Of a stretch of DNA of 25,080 bases, positions 6,826-18,084 are shown in pieces (positions within the stretch are counted from its first letter, which is position 1; each line of letters begins with the position of its first letter). A program made the position numbers and the translations under genes. Below the pieces are notes generated by a model. It searched no databases and was not told where the DNA came from. It saw only the letters and a program-made list of their open reading frames with translations. The stretch is from Craspedostauros australis (taxonomy: Eukaryota), in contig JALAGF010005569.1 in the NCBI GenBank assembly GCA_030167865.1, positions 62,001 through 87,080 of the forward strand, given 5' to 3'.

Positions 6826-9633
6826 CGAATAACTACAATCCCCTCCTTCTTCTCCTTTCCTTCCTCATCCAGGAATCATTGTCTGTCTCTGTACTATTAT
6901 ATGATCGATCTGATTCAAACGCTCTGGGTGCTATGCTCTTCAGATCTTTTGAATTGCAAACCATGTCGATTCCTTTTTGACTATGTCATCAACAGCATCA
7001 CTACGGCAATGCCTTGGAGATCCAACCTGCTTCAACGACGGCAGGGAATCCAACAACGAATTCCGACAACAACTGCTGCAACCGCTTGACTGTCTCAGTA
7101 CTCGTGAAACGGTATCGCAATGTCTGGTCTCTATCACCGTCCTACATTCAGTAAACTACCAGCACGACTAGTGTCTGGCCAAATTGCCAATTGAAACTCG
7201 TGGCAAAGATTAGTCGAGCAGAATCAACCGTGAAGTCACGAACAAGGCTGGACTATTCAGTTCGCCTTTCTCTTCTGCTACCAAAACCCAAACCAACCAA
7301 GTGCAAGGAACCACAAACAAGTCCAAAAGAGGCGTCTTCGGCAGCGCTTTTGTGACACTGGCGAGAATGTGTCAGAGCACGTCGATCGCTCGTCTCTGCA
7401 CTGCGAACTGGCGGCCGCACAGCACACCATGTCGGCGTGTGAATTGGTGTGCCCTGAGGCGCAAATGATTGTTGGTGGCGGAGTTGTTTGATCGTCATGA
7501 TGCGAAGCTAGGTGGGGATGCATGTGATCGGTTTCGGAAGCTCTGTGGAACTCCAGAGAAGTCCCAATGTTCATGACACAAGCACAGCACGGCATGCATG
7601 TGAGCGCTGTGAATAGTACTTGCTCTCTGGCCGTACTCTTGTAGCTGTGTCCACTCGCGGAGCGGAGAACTGGAGGATCATTCTCTCTTCCAGACAGAGA
7701 GTTGATGGCTTTTAAAATCCTTGTTCTCCAACCACGGCCGCTGTGTTCATTGCGCATGTTCAACAACGGATCGTTTCTGACTTATTGAAGGGCAGGAAAT
7801 GATCTTGTCCTGCCTCGTGGAACGGTACGAGTGGGTATGAATCAGTCTGATGATGCCTTAATTCCCAAAAATATGGGAGAGAGATTGGCCTTGGTATCGC
7901 ATGAGCCGCGACAGAAGAGATTGAATCATTCTGGCAGGATGCGCTTCGCGCCTTCACGATGCGTCCGCAAGTATCGGAGAGCGGAGCACCATAGTCGTAC
8001 CACTGTTCGTACTCCCTCGCAGTTTTCATGTTTGAGGAGCGAGAGAGATCTGGGGTGGCTTTGTTCTCTCTTGCGGACGGGAACATAGTTGTATGACTGC
8101 GTGTGACGAATACGATACAGTATCTTTTCCCCTCGCCAGTTGGAGATGTCTGGGAGAGGCCATGGCAGCATTTATGATCGTGTTGTGGGAAGCAGCTGTT
8201 GCGGTATACCCGTTCGATTCCTTGCGATTGCGGCATGCATGTACCCGTTCGTACGAGTAGATGTTAGGCACGTGTTGTGGCGCACGAGCGACAAGCGCGG
8301 AAAGATCGCAGTCACGGATTGTGTGAAGGTTGTAGCGAAAGAACAAAACAGCCGCTGCCATGGATGAGTACAGTGACGTACCCGATGGCAAGAGTACGAT
8401 CTTGGAGAGAACACAGCACCACGCACACGCAGAGGCCTCTCTCGCTCTCGCCCGATGCGCCAAAGGCTTCGTCTGGACACGGACACCATCTGCACTCTCC
8501 ACAGACCACCAACGCGATCGAGCCAACACGAACACAAACAGGGGGGAGCGCATCCGTACCAACGAGAAAGATTGTTGCGGGGATTTTGGGGGCGTTGTGC
8601 CTGCCTTGCGTCCATCTTCGGAGTTCACGCTGTTGCAACCACAGCATCTGGAGTGCTGATTTGATACGATGGGTTGTGACAAGAGGATGACAACTCGCTT
8701 TCGCGCCAGAACGAGACGATCCGCAAGGGACAAAGCCGAACCCAGAACCTTCGCGAGATACTCGGCAGCAAAGTATCAATACGATGCTTTTACATTTCTT
8801 GCGGGCACCATTCCACTTCAAACGGCGCGAACCTCGGATGGTGGCGACCTCCAGCTTTTGTCTGTCGGTCATCGGGAAGGATTCAGTTCTTGAGCCGGAC
8901 AGGCTATTCTCCCCTCGCGTTTTCCGCCTCCTCACAATTTCCCAACCTTTCGTCTTGGGTGGCGGCGGCGTTTGTGCCACAGCGCCAATACTCGTATTGC
9001 CGATAGCTGCGTTGCCGATTTGTTGATGTATGCGCACTGAGTCTAACTAACGCAACCACCAATGCGCTTTCATGTGGGACAGAGCTAACGGAGTTGAAAA
9101 CGAGCTACGAACTGGAGCGGGAGCATGGCAGCGCACAAGGAGAGGAAGTACATGCACCCGACTGTTTCCAAAGAATGTTCGAGTCGTTCGTGATGCCGAG
9201 AGATGGAAAAGCTGCGCCGCTACAACATCAGACAGAACAAGAGTGCTGCTGAGGGCTCTGGATGTAGGGGTGAGGAAACTCGCGAGGAGGATTCCGCCCA
9301 TCTGGAACCTCGCCCGTTTCGCTCCTCGATGCTCCTGTTTGCTCTCTCGTGCTATCGCTGCGTCTGGCTCGCTCTGTGTGCTCCTGCTGCTGTTTTAATT
9401 ATTGTTTCCATTTTTGGGTCAGCACGTCGAATGCTCATAAATCGAGCAAGAATCACAACTCAACTCTCGTCCATTGGTTAACAACTGGCCAAAGTGTGCA
9501 TACATACTAGAGCACTCGTACCTCCCATCCTTCTCACTGAGGAAAACAGCAGTAGCAGCACCAGCAGTAGTACGCCTCCCACCAGCGCTGATATCAACAC
9601 TTACAACGCTACGACAATTGTTCGATCAATACC

Positions 9634-12600
9634 ATGCCACCAAAGAAAGAACAACTTGATCTCGTGCTGCCGGGCGACGGAGCAGTAACCACCGCGGATT
9701 CCGCAAGGTACGGGACCACCGAGGACGGCGACGACGACGAAGAGTTTGCATTGCACAATAGTCCGATGAGCATTGACAATCCTAAGCATGGCGCTGAGAA
9801 CGATGGCGACAGCGACGAAGACAGTCACGAAGACAGCCACAATGGCAGCTTCAAAAGCCACGGAAGCATTCAGTCAGATAACCCGAATGATACGCTTTCG
9901 ATGCAGGAGAGCTCACATGAGTCGACACCAGCCTACGTGAACAGGAAGAAAACTATTGCAACCAAGGAGACGCGGACTTTGCGAGGCATCAAGCTCGTCG
10001 TTGCTGTGCTCCTGGTATGCATCTCAGCCGTTCTGGCAGGTGGTGTTTACTTTTACACCTCCAAAACCGAACAGGACCAATTCGACGATCAATTCAAGGA
10101 GTACTCAAACAAGATCTTCGAGGATGTTGGCGAGACCCTGGACGAAACGCTGAAAGCGCTGGACCTGTTGGCCACCCAAATAGCATCCATTGCCGAAGAA
10201 ACGCCGACAGTGAACCCACATCCGTGGCCAAGAATTACCATCCCATCCTTCGGAACGAGCACTGCCAAGACCATCGCCCTCTCCAAGATCCAAGCCTTGG
10301 TCATGTGCGTCGTTGTCAATCGCGACAACCGTCAGGATTGGGAAACCTATACGGAAGAGAAAGGTCGAGGGTGGGTTGATGCAACGGTCGATGTTCAAGA
10401 AACAGACCCCAACTACTACGGGCCTATCAACCGCCAATACTTCACCAACAGTCATGTCCACGGAGAGTACCAGCATACCCGCCCCAATGAGACGTAAGTA
10501 TTTGTAGCTGCAGCCGCAGCCACCGCAGCAGTTGCAACCGCATCATCTGCGGATCTTTATTCGTCCATCCACGTGATGATTCGGCGCACAGCACTGACTG
10601 CCATCGAATTCGCCAATGCTCACCCATTTCCTCCAACGCAACACTTTCTCTTTTGTCTCTGTTTGCTTGCGCATTGCGCATTCTTGCACTGACGCCATTC
10701 CTCGATTGTCACCGCGGACTGATAACGGACGCACCATACATACTCGAACACAACAACCGGTCACAGCGAGACAATGTTCGTGAGCTGGCAAGCCTATCCT
10801 GTGGTCCCCCAATGGCCACCGTACAACTTCGATTACCTCACCCTGAACTACACTGATGCCCACCGGAGGATGATCGAGAGTGGGAAAATCGAGATCACGG
10901 AGCCATACATGCTTCCCGATGAGTAAGTCTGTACGAGTCAAGCCCAGCATCTTCACGGAAAGAACTACACTGCTGCCGGCATGAGTGGTGTGACGGGTAC
11001 TTCCATCCATACAGCTGGAGGGCAACTTCTCACATCCTTTCTTTCAACTTCCTCACTCGTGCGGCTCTTTCAATGTCATCACGGCTGCTTTGCCCATGCG
11101 TATCACACATCATACTTGCATTACTCGACACTCGATTTGGATTGACGCGTGGAACAGGGACAAACCATGGGAGGTTGCAGCGGCGGAGGGCTGGGCCGAC
11201 TTCTACAGGGATCGAATCCCACCAAATGAAGACCCACTGGCGCCTGCCTCGGAAATCTACTTCCCGGTCTTCAATTCAACGGGAACGGTCAAGGCAAAGG
11301 CAGACCTCAAGCCGGTTGCTGGGTTTGCTGCAAGCTTCTACTGGAGAGACCTGTTCCGCTCCATCATTCCAGACGGGGCAGCCGACATGGTCCTTGTCAC
11401 TAGCAACCCATGTGGTGAGTTCAATGACCTGCTTGCTGCCACTACTGCTGCCCATTTTCTGCATACCAGTAGTGCTGTGATTGCTCCAACGCCACATCGT
11501 CTCTAACACAAGCATTGCCATCTTCTGGCCGTCCTTGCATTTTGTACTTTCTTTTGCAATCGCCTCATCAACTCTCCACATCAACCAACGCCGACATCAT
11601 CGACATCATTCCTTCCCCCAGCACCCTCGTTCACTTACATCATCGTAGGCTCGCGAGTCCAATGGGTAGGACGCGGTGACCACCATGACACGAAGTTCAA
11701 CGAGATGGCGGTATCGACCCCAATCGGCGATCTGCACACGTTCCGTACAAATGCCTCCATCCCCACAACGCCTGACTTCGACGGAGATTTCTGCCCGAAC
11801 ACATTCACAGTTTATCCAACGCAGCAGATGGAGGACCGGTACCTCACAAACAACCCGATCATATTCACAGTCGTTGCCATCGTGATCTGCCTCGTAACGT
11901 CCATCACTTTCATGCTGTACGATTTCTTCGTCGAAGTGCGTCAACGAGCGGTGGTGCGAACAGCCGAGAAGTCCAACGCCGTTGTCTCGTCCCTGTTCCC
12001 CGAAGGCGTGCGCGAGAGAATCTACAACGAAGCCGACACCGGCAAGCATGATGTGAAACCCAACAAGATGGTGGCGTTGGCCTCCGCAGTGATGAACGGC
12101 AGCAACGACCCGTTCAGCGCATTTCCAGGCATCCCCGATGACAAGCCAATCGCTCAGCTCTACACGGCGACTACCGTCATGTTCGCAGACATCGTCGGCT
12201 TCACTTCGTGGAGTTCCACGAGGCAACCTGAGGCAGTGTTCACGCTGCTCGAGACCATCTACGGAGTGTTCGACAAGAAGGCCAGAAAGCGAGGCGTGTT
12301 CAAGGTGGAAACCATTGGCGATTGCTACGTCGCCGTCTGCGGTCTTCCAAAGCCAAGTCTGAACCATGCCTCCACCATGGTCCGGTTTGCTATGGATTGT
12401 CGGACCGCAATGAACTCGCTGATGAAGGACTTGGTGGGATCGCTGGGGCCCAGCACCGCCGACCTCAAGATGCGATTCGGCATGAACAGCGGACCGACCA
12501 CTGCTGGTGTGCTACGGGGAGATCGCTCGCGGTTTCAGCTGTTCGGTGACACGGTCAACACAGCAGCCCGGATGGAGAGCACAGGCACCCCAGACTACAT

Positions 12601-14149
12601 CCAGATCTCGCAGTCGACGGCTGATCTGTTGATTGATGAGGGCAAGCACGGCTGGATCGTTCCCAGACAGGACACCATCATCGCCAAGGGCAAAGGGCGA
12701 GTGAAAACGTTCTGGGTGGACACGTCCAGCGAGATTTCCTCCAGTGCATCGGCCGGGAACAGATCGGGATTGATTTCGGATTCGTCATCCACCACATCTG
12801 AAAAGACCGGTTCGAGAAGAAAACGAAAGTCGATCCAACCCGACAAGACGTCGAGGGTGGATCGGCTGGCTGCTTGGAATATTGATATGTTGGAAACCAT
12901 TCTGAGGCGCGTCATTGCCTATAATGAGACCGTCCTTTCCACACGCAGCTCGGGCAATTCGAATGGCAGCATGCACGATCAGACAAAGGCCCGATCCTCG
13001 ACCAAGCCATGGGCCCATCGTGGATCCTCGCAACCACGGCAGGAACTGTGCGAGGCGGTGAACTTCGACGTAAACACCGACAAGTCGACGACATTCCCGT
13101 CAATCGACACCGACTCGTTGCCGCCGTTGCCAGCCAACCTCAAGGACGAGCTGAAGGAGCTCGTTATCAGCGTGGCCTGCCTTCACAAGGCCGGTAATCC
13201 GTTCCACAACTTTCAGCACGCCACGCAAGTGGTCATGGCCAACCGCAAGCTATTCTCCAGACTCGCCGAGGAGACATCTGCAACGGGGACGCCCAACCAC
13301 ATCGCCCGCATCCTACGATCCGACCCCACCATCCAATTCGCGGCCATCTTCTCGGCGTTGGTGCACGATCTCGATCATCCCGGCGTCCCCAACCAGGTCC
13401 TCGTGAAGGAGCAATCGCGTTTGGCGATGCTGTACGATGACAAGAGCGTGGCCGAGCAGAATTCCCTGACCATGGGCTGGGACCTGCTGACGTCGAGCCG
13501 CTTCACGAACATCCAAAAGTGCCTGTTCGTGAATGACGAACGCAAGGCGCTGTTCCGCAACATCTTGGTGCACGCTGTGATGGCAACGGACATCTTCGAC
13601 AAGGAGCTGCAAATGTGCCGGACTGAGCGATGGCAGATTCAGTTCGGTGATGACGAGCAGGACGCCAAGACGCTGCAGGCAGCCACCACGAGCATCCTGG
13701 AGCACATGATCCAGGCATCGGATATCTCCCACACGATGCAGCACTGGACGATCTTCGAGAAATGGAATCGCAACCTGTTCCGCGAGATGGAAAACAACCA
13801 CAAGAGCGGACGCACGGACAAGGATCCTGCGGAGGGTTGGTACCAAGGCGAGCTGTGGTTCTTCGACAACTACGTCATTCCGTTGGTGGAGAAGATGAAG
13901 GCGTGCGGCGTGTTCGACGAGAGATGGTGCGACGAGGCGTTGAAGTTTGCCAAGCAGAATCGCTCGGAATGGGAAACGCGGGGTCAGATGATCATCAAGC
14001 GGTGGCTGGACGATGACCGCCGCGGCTCCAACATCAAGCGCGGCGGCAGCGTGGGCAGCTGTTGCAACAATAGCACGGCCAGCAGCAGGAGCACCCACGA
14101 CCACAACACCGTCGATGAAAGCTGCGAGATGGATAGTCACATTGTATAG
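9634..14149 (+). CDS. Receptor-type class III nucleotidyl (probably guanylyl) cyclase - cyclic nucleotide phosphodiesterase fusion with two TM helices and an extracellular CHASE-like domain; exons 9634-10493, 10767-10922, 11158-11414, 11622-14149
   Basis: Three GT-AG introns keep the frame; the joined CDS is 3801 nt (1266 aa plus stop). TM1 is LVVAVLLVCISAVLAGGVYFY and TM2 is PIIFTVVAIVICLVTSITFMLYDFFV. Cyclase motifs: TVMFADIVGFT, FKVETIGDCY, RFQLFGDTVNTAARMES. PDEase motifs: FHNFQHA, HDLDHPG, ATD, QASDISH. Confidence 0.92.
10494..10766 (+). other. Spliceosomal intron 1 of the cyclase-PDE gene (273 nt, phase 2)
   Basis: Donor AC|gtaagt and acceptor tcacag|C. Splicing restores T-E-T-M-F-V-S-W-Q-A-Y-P. 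Confidence 0.85.
10923..11157 (+). other. Spliceosomal intron 2 of the cyclase-PDE gene (235 nt, phase 2)
   Basis: Donor GA|gtaagt, acceptor gaacag|G, and a branch-like attgac at about 11141. Splicing restores P-D-E-D-K-P-W. Confidence 0.8.
11415..11621 (+). other. Spliceosomal intron 3 of the cyclase-PDE gene (207 nt, phase 1)
   Basis: Donor G|gtgagt and a pyrimidine-rich acceptor ccttcccccag|CA. Splicing restores N-P-C-A-P-S-F-T-Y-I-I-V-G...GDHHD. Confidence 0.88.
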
Positions 14150-14525
14150 ATTAATATGATACAATAGGTAAATTGGGATAAGTACGAGCGCGTGTGGTAC
14201 AGAGCTCGCACAATGTAATGTGTACGTACTCTCTAGAGATAGCATTATACTAGGGTCAGTCTGATCTTCTCCTTCTGTTCCTCTCTCTCTCTCTTGTGAT
14301 GTGTTGAAGTTGCACCCTCCATTTTTGGCGGGAAGAAGCACGACACGCACGACTCACACAATGCAGATCCCGATTGAAACGGGATTGGATCCATCCTTCC
14401 GCGCTTTTGCTGCGTTGACTGACGTCATGGTGCGTGTCACCAGCCAATCAGAACGAGGGAGGCTGCGTTTGTTCTTTTGGTGTTGGCTCAACGATCTTTT
14501 TGCGCACATGAGAAAAAGAAAGCTG

Positions 14526-14560
14526 ACGAACTCATGGCCAACGAACTCATGGCCAACGAA
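14526..14560. repeat. 15-bp tandem duplication (ACGAACTCATGGCCA) x2.3
   Basis: Read directly from the sequence. Confidence 0.9.
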
Positions 14561-14754
14561 GAAGAGATGAAGAGAGAACAGAGAGAGAGAGGAAGAAGTT
14601 GTTGGTGTCGGTGTTGGCGCGAAAGCGATTCTGACGCTTTGGCTGCAGTTTCGGCTTTCTGATCTGCTGTGGCTCTTGTTGGCGGTTGAGATGGAGAGGA
14701 GCGACTGTCGGTGCAACCCATCTCATTGCTCACTTCAGAACTTGTTTCCCTGCT

Positions 14755-14801
14755 TGCTTCATTCAGTGCTCCATTGAGTGCTTCATTGAGTGCTTCATTG
14801 A
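14755..14801. repeat. 12-bp tandem array (TGCTTCATTGAG) x4 upstream of ATP23
   Basis: tgcttcattcag tgctccattgag tgcttcattgag tgcttcattga. Confidence 0.85.
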
Positions 14802-14851
14802 TCTATTGACCTATCCATTATTGATCACTGGAAGCCACCGCCCAGGCAACT

Positions 14852-14872
14852 GAGAGAGAGAGAGAGAGAGAG
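14852..14872. repeat. (GA)10 microsatellite in the ATP23 5' leader
   Basis: Read directly; it ends 9 nt before the ATG at 14882. Confidence 0.95.
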
Positions 14873-14881
14873 CATTCGACC

Positions 14882-15925
14882 ATGACCGTGCAAGCCACTT
14901 CAGCCACGCCTTCTGCTACAGCCACAGCTACGGCCACGGCTACATCGGCTGCAACACCTGCAGCGACAGACGCAACGCAACAATCCTGTGGCAAATGTGC
15001 GCGGGTGCTGCGGCAGCTGATGTCCAGCATCGACCTCACGAAGCAAGACCTTGTCAATGGCAGCAGCAGCGGCGGCCGACGCAGAGACAAGCACAAGGAA
15101 CCAGCGCCCATCACTCTGCTGAAGGCCATCTCCAACAACGACAAGTCCAAAGCGGCTTCCAAGAACCGCAGCAGCAGCACCAGTTCTCGACAGCAGCAGG
15201 AGCAGCAGCAACGGGAGGACGGCTCACGAATACAGATGGACATTGAAGACACGCCGTTCGGTGTCCGCATCAAGATGCCTGTCATCAAGACGGACTTCAA
15301 TCTCCTGAGGCGATACAGCTCGTTGTTGCGCGATGACGAGATCACGGAGGACGCAAGAGAGGCCGCCGCCATGCCTGGCAGATCCGGCATCACGTTGCCG
15401 GGCACGCCCATGGCCATCTCCTCGTCCTCCAGCCTGCAGCGCCAGCCACCGCAATCCGTTCCGCAACAGCAGCAGACGCAGACCGCGCGCAACAACCCGC
15501 AGCCATCGCAACCCACCGAGATGCTCGAGATCGATATCAGCTGCCGCAAATGCGCCGACACGGGCCCCGAAGGTTCGGCACGCGCCTTCCTCAAGGGTCC
15601 GCGCCCGCTGTCCATCGTGCTGTGCGAGAATCGCATCCAGTCCAATCCCGACGAGATCACGGAGCTGCTCACGCACGAGCTCATCCACTTTTATGATGTG
15701 CAGACGCTGCGGTTGGATCTCAGCCAGTGCCAGAATCTGGCCTACACGGAGACGAGGGCGGCCAAGTATGCCGAATGCCGCAGCACGTGGGCGCCCATGC
15801 GGGATCTGTGCGCCGAGTCCACGGCCACGAGGGCGACCAAGGTCATCTTTCCGCAGAGCGGCCGATCGTGTGTTCGGAATGTCTTTGCTAAAGCCTACAA
15901 TGATAACAGGCCTTTTGACAAGTAA
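14882..15925 (+). CDS. ATP23: Mitochondrial inner-membrane metalloprotease ATP23 / KUB3-like (peptidase M76)
   Basis: Contains ISCRKC, ARAF, IVLCENR, the HExxH motif THELIHFYD, LAYTETRAA and C-terminal SCVRNVFAKAYNDNRPF, all typical of the M76 family. Confidence 0.88.
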   Translation: MTVQATSATPSATATATATATSAATPAATDATQQSCGKCARVLRQLMSSIDLTKQDLVNGSSSGGRRRDKHKEPAPITLLKAISNNDKSKAASKNRSSSTSSRQQQEQQQREDGSRIQMDIEDTPFGVRIKMPVIKTDFNLLRRYSSLLRDDEITEDAREAAAMPGRSGITLPGTPMAISSSSSLQRQPPQSVPQQQQTQTARNNPQPSQPTEMLEIDISCRKCADTGPEGSARAFLKGPRPLSIVLCENRIQSNPDEITELLTHELIHFYDVQTLRLDLSQCQNLAYTETRAAKYAECRSTWAPMRDLCAESTATRATKVIFPQSGRSCVRNVFAKAYNDNRPFDK

Positions 15926-16101
15926 ACTCAACTCAACTCCTTACTTGAGTCCCTGCTCTAGTCTCTAATCCAGTTAAGTTTCAAGAACTTCCAGCAAACT
16001 ATTCTCATGCAGCACAGCAAAGGTGCTCGATGGTATTCTGCTCTGAAGGTTTTCCGCAATGCATTCAGCGCAGGCGCGGTCACCGAACGTGCCACTTGAT
16101 T

Positions 16102-17550
16102 CTACAGTTCATTCGAAAACTTCCGACGTTCCAAGACGACGCGGCGCTTCTTGCCCTTGATCTCGTTGCCATCCTCATCGTACGCAATCACGGGATCTTC
16201 CTCATCGAACTCCACATCCTCCCATCCCTTCTGCGGAATGAAATCGCGCTTGCCAAACTCATCCTCAACAGCCAGCTGCCCGTGGTGCGTCTCATCGTGC
16301 AGCACGTAATGATACTCGGTGCGGCGTTGCGGAGCCTTGGCGCAGCGAAAACCGACGTTGCCCGTCGTCGTCGTGGCGTGCATCGTCGCGCGGGCGCCCA
16401 GCGTGGCGGCGTGGTTCGTCGATCCGTCCAACGAATCCACGAACGAGCCGCCGCGCACGATGCGTTCCTTGTGTCTGCCGCCGCGCATCCATTCCCAGAC
16501 GTTGCCCGTCATATCGTAGAAGCCCAGACGGTTGGGTGGGTACGTCGCCACGGGGGACGTGCCGCGCCATCCGTCCAGCGCGTCGTTCTCGTGTGGGAAG
16601 GGGGCGGCGCCCCACAGGTTCGCATGCTTGCTGCTCACGTTGTAGCTGTCGTCGTCGCCCCAAGAGAAGAGCGTGCGGTTCTTGGGGCCCCAGTGGCCGG
16701 CCCGGGCCGCGGCCTCCCACTCCCATTCGCCCGGAAGTCGCTTGCCCATCCACTTGCAGTACTCGGCCGCATCCAGGTGGCTCACGTGCACGACGGGGTG
16801 GTGCTCGCGGAATTTGTACGACGATTTCGGACCCTCGGGTTGTCTCCAGTAGGCGCCCGGCACTGCCACCCAGTTCGGTGCCTCGGGATCGGCCTCCTCC
16901 ACCTCCGTCGACGGATCGATGAAGGAGATCAACCCGAACGACCACCCGTACTTCTGCGCTTCCGTCTCGTAGTAAGTCGCCTTCACGAACTTGGCGAATT
17001 GCTTGTTCGTCACGGGCTTGGCATCCAGAAAGAAGGGATCCACATGCACGACCTTCGGTGGTTTCACACCGCCATCCAACTCGTGCGTGTCGACATGGCC
17101 GAACCGACGCGGTGTTCCATCCTGCGGCACGGCGCCGTGACGGCGTTCCTTCAGAATCTGCTCGCGATCGCCTTCCGGCAAATCGTGGATGGGAGTCAAA
17201 GGGTGGGCCTGCAGGTCTCTCTCTTCGATCTCCTTGTGCGTGGCATCGAAGCTAGTGCCGAAGATGTATCGGATTCCGTTGTCCTCATCGAAGCCAACGC
17301 GTTTGCCAGTGTTGTCGTCGATGCGGCCCACGTAGATCATGCCGTCGTAGTGCTCGTCGTTGGGGTCGGGATGGGATTCATCCTCCCAATCGGGGGTGAT
17401 GTCGTCGTTGTTGTGGTTGCCATTGTCAACATCACCGTTGATATCATTGCCATTGCTGAATGCGACAGCGCTGCTCATAAGACACCAGCACAGCACCACC
17501 ATGAGGAAGGCTCTGCGGAATATGAATGCATTCATGCCCATTATGGCCAT
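16102..17550 (-). CDS. SUMF2: Formylglycine-generating-enzyme family protein, SUMF2/pFGE-like (lacks the catalytic cysteines), probably ER-resident
   Basis: ATG at 17550 (the track start at 17694 is TTG); signal peptide; 482 aa. FGE-sulfatase motifs: PVTNKQFAKFV, HPVVHVSHLDAAEYCKW, RLPGEWEWEAAAR, PNRLGFYDMTGNVWEW, GNVGFRCA. The active-site loop RGGSFVDSLDGSTNH resembles SUMF2 rather than the SUMF1 GGSxxCxxxxC. The protein ends in SNEL. Confidence 0.85.
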   Translation of the reverse strand: MAIMGMNAFIFRRAFLMVVLCWCLMSSAVAFSNGNDINGDVDNGNHNNDDITPDWEDESHPDPNDEHYDGMIYVGRIDDNTGKRVGFDEDNGIRYIFGTSFDATHKEIEERDLQAHPLTPIHDLPEGDREQILKERRHGAVPQDGTPRRFGHVDTHELDGGVKPPKVVHVDPFFLDAKPVTNKQFAKFVKATYYETEAQKYGWSFGLISFIDPSTEVEEADPEAPNWVAVPGAYWRQPEGPKSSYKFREHHPVVHVSHLDAAEYCKWMGKRLPGEWEWEAAARAGHWGPKNRTLFSWGDDDSYNVSSKHANLWGAAPFPHENDALDGWRGTSPVATYPPNRLGFYDMTGNVWEWMRGGRHKERIVRGGSFVDSLDGSTNHAATLGARATMHATTTTGNVGFRCAKAPQRRTEYHYVLHDETHHGQLAVEDEFGKRDFIPQKGWEDVEFDEEDPVIAYDEDGNEIKGKKRRVVLERRKFSNEL

Positions 17551-18084
17551 CCTTGCTGTTGCTGCTGTGCGGCTGCTACTGCGGCTGTGTTCGTGATGGG
17601 ATGAACCAATGACGGAAATGCCAACGATTTCGCTCCGAGCTGAGCTATGCTGTCCAATGCAGATGCTGCGCTGCACTTCGATGTTCGATTGCAAACGATC
17701 CTTGGATGTGTGAGATGGCAGAGGAACTTGTGTTACGAGTATGTGGCGGATGATCTTTCATCTATCTATCCATCCCTCTCCGCACCGCAACACACCACAA
17801 CGCAGAACATCGCCACAGCCAATGTTGTCTCTCGTGTTTGGTGTCATTGCGGAAGTCGATGGAGTTTCAATTTCCCTCGTTTAACGCCTTCTTAACGGTC
17901 ATTTTTGCTCATCTGTCGTTTCGCCCATCGATTCTTCTTTCTCTCCATAACTCGTCTGTCGTCTTCAATCTGCTCTATCCATCTTCTCCGCACTCGCATG
18001 CAGGCATCCTTGCCTCCCCCATGCCATGAACAATATAGCAGTGACGATAGCTGCGCCATGAGTAATCGGACCACGATGCCGTTG

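Noticed and set aside
14477..14662. Small ORF with KKKADELMANELMANEEEMKREQRER
   Set aside because: It has a non-ATG start, and its apparent periodicity comes from the 15-bp duplication and GA-rich sequence.
16030..17604. 524-aa + strand ORF, and similar long ORFs at 4871-6130 (+), 13313-14350 (-), 14818-15684 (-), 18187-18957 (+) and 21885-22739 (+)
   Set aside because: These are antisense shadows of well-supported genes, a by-product of GC-rich third codon positions, and they have no motifs of their own.
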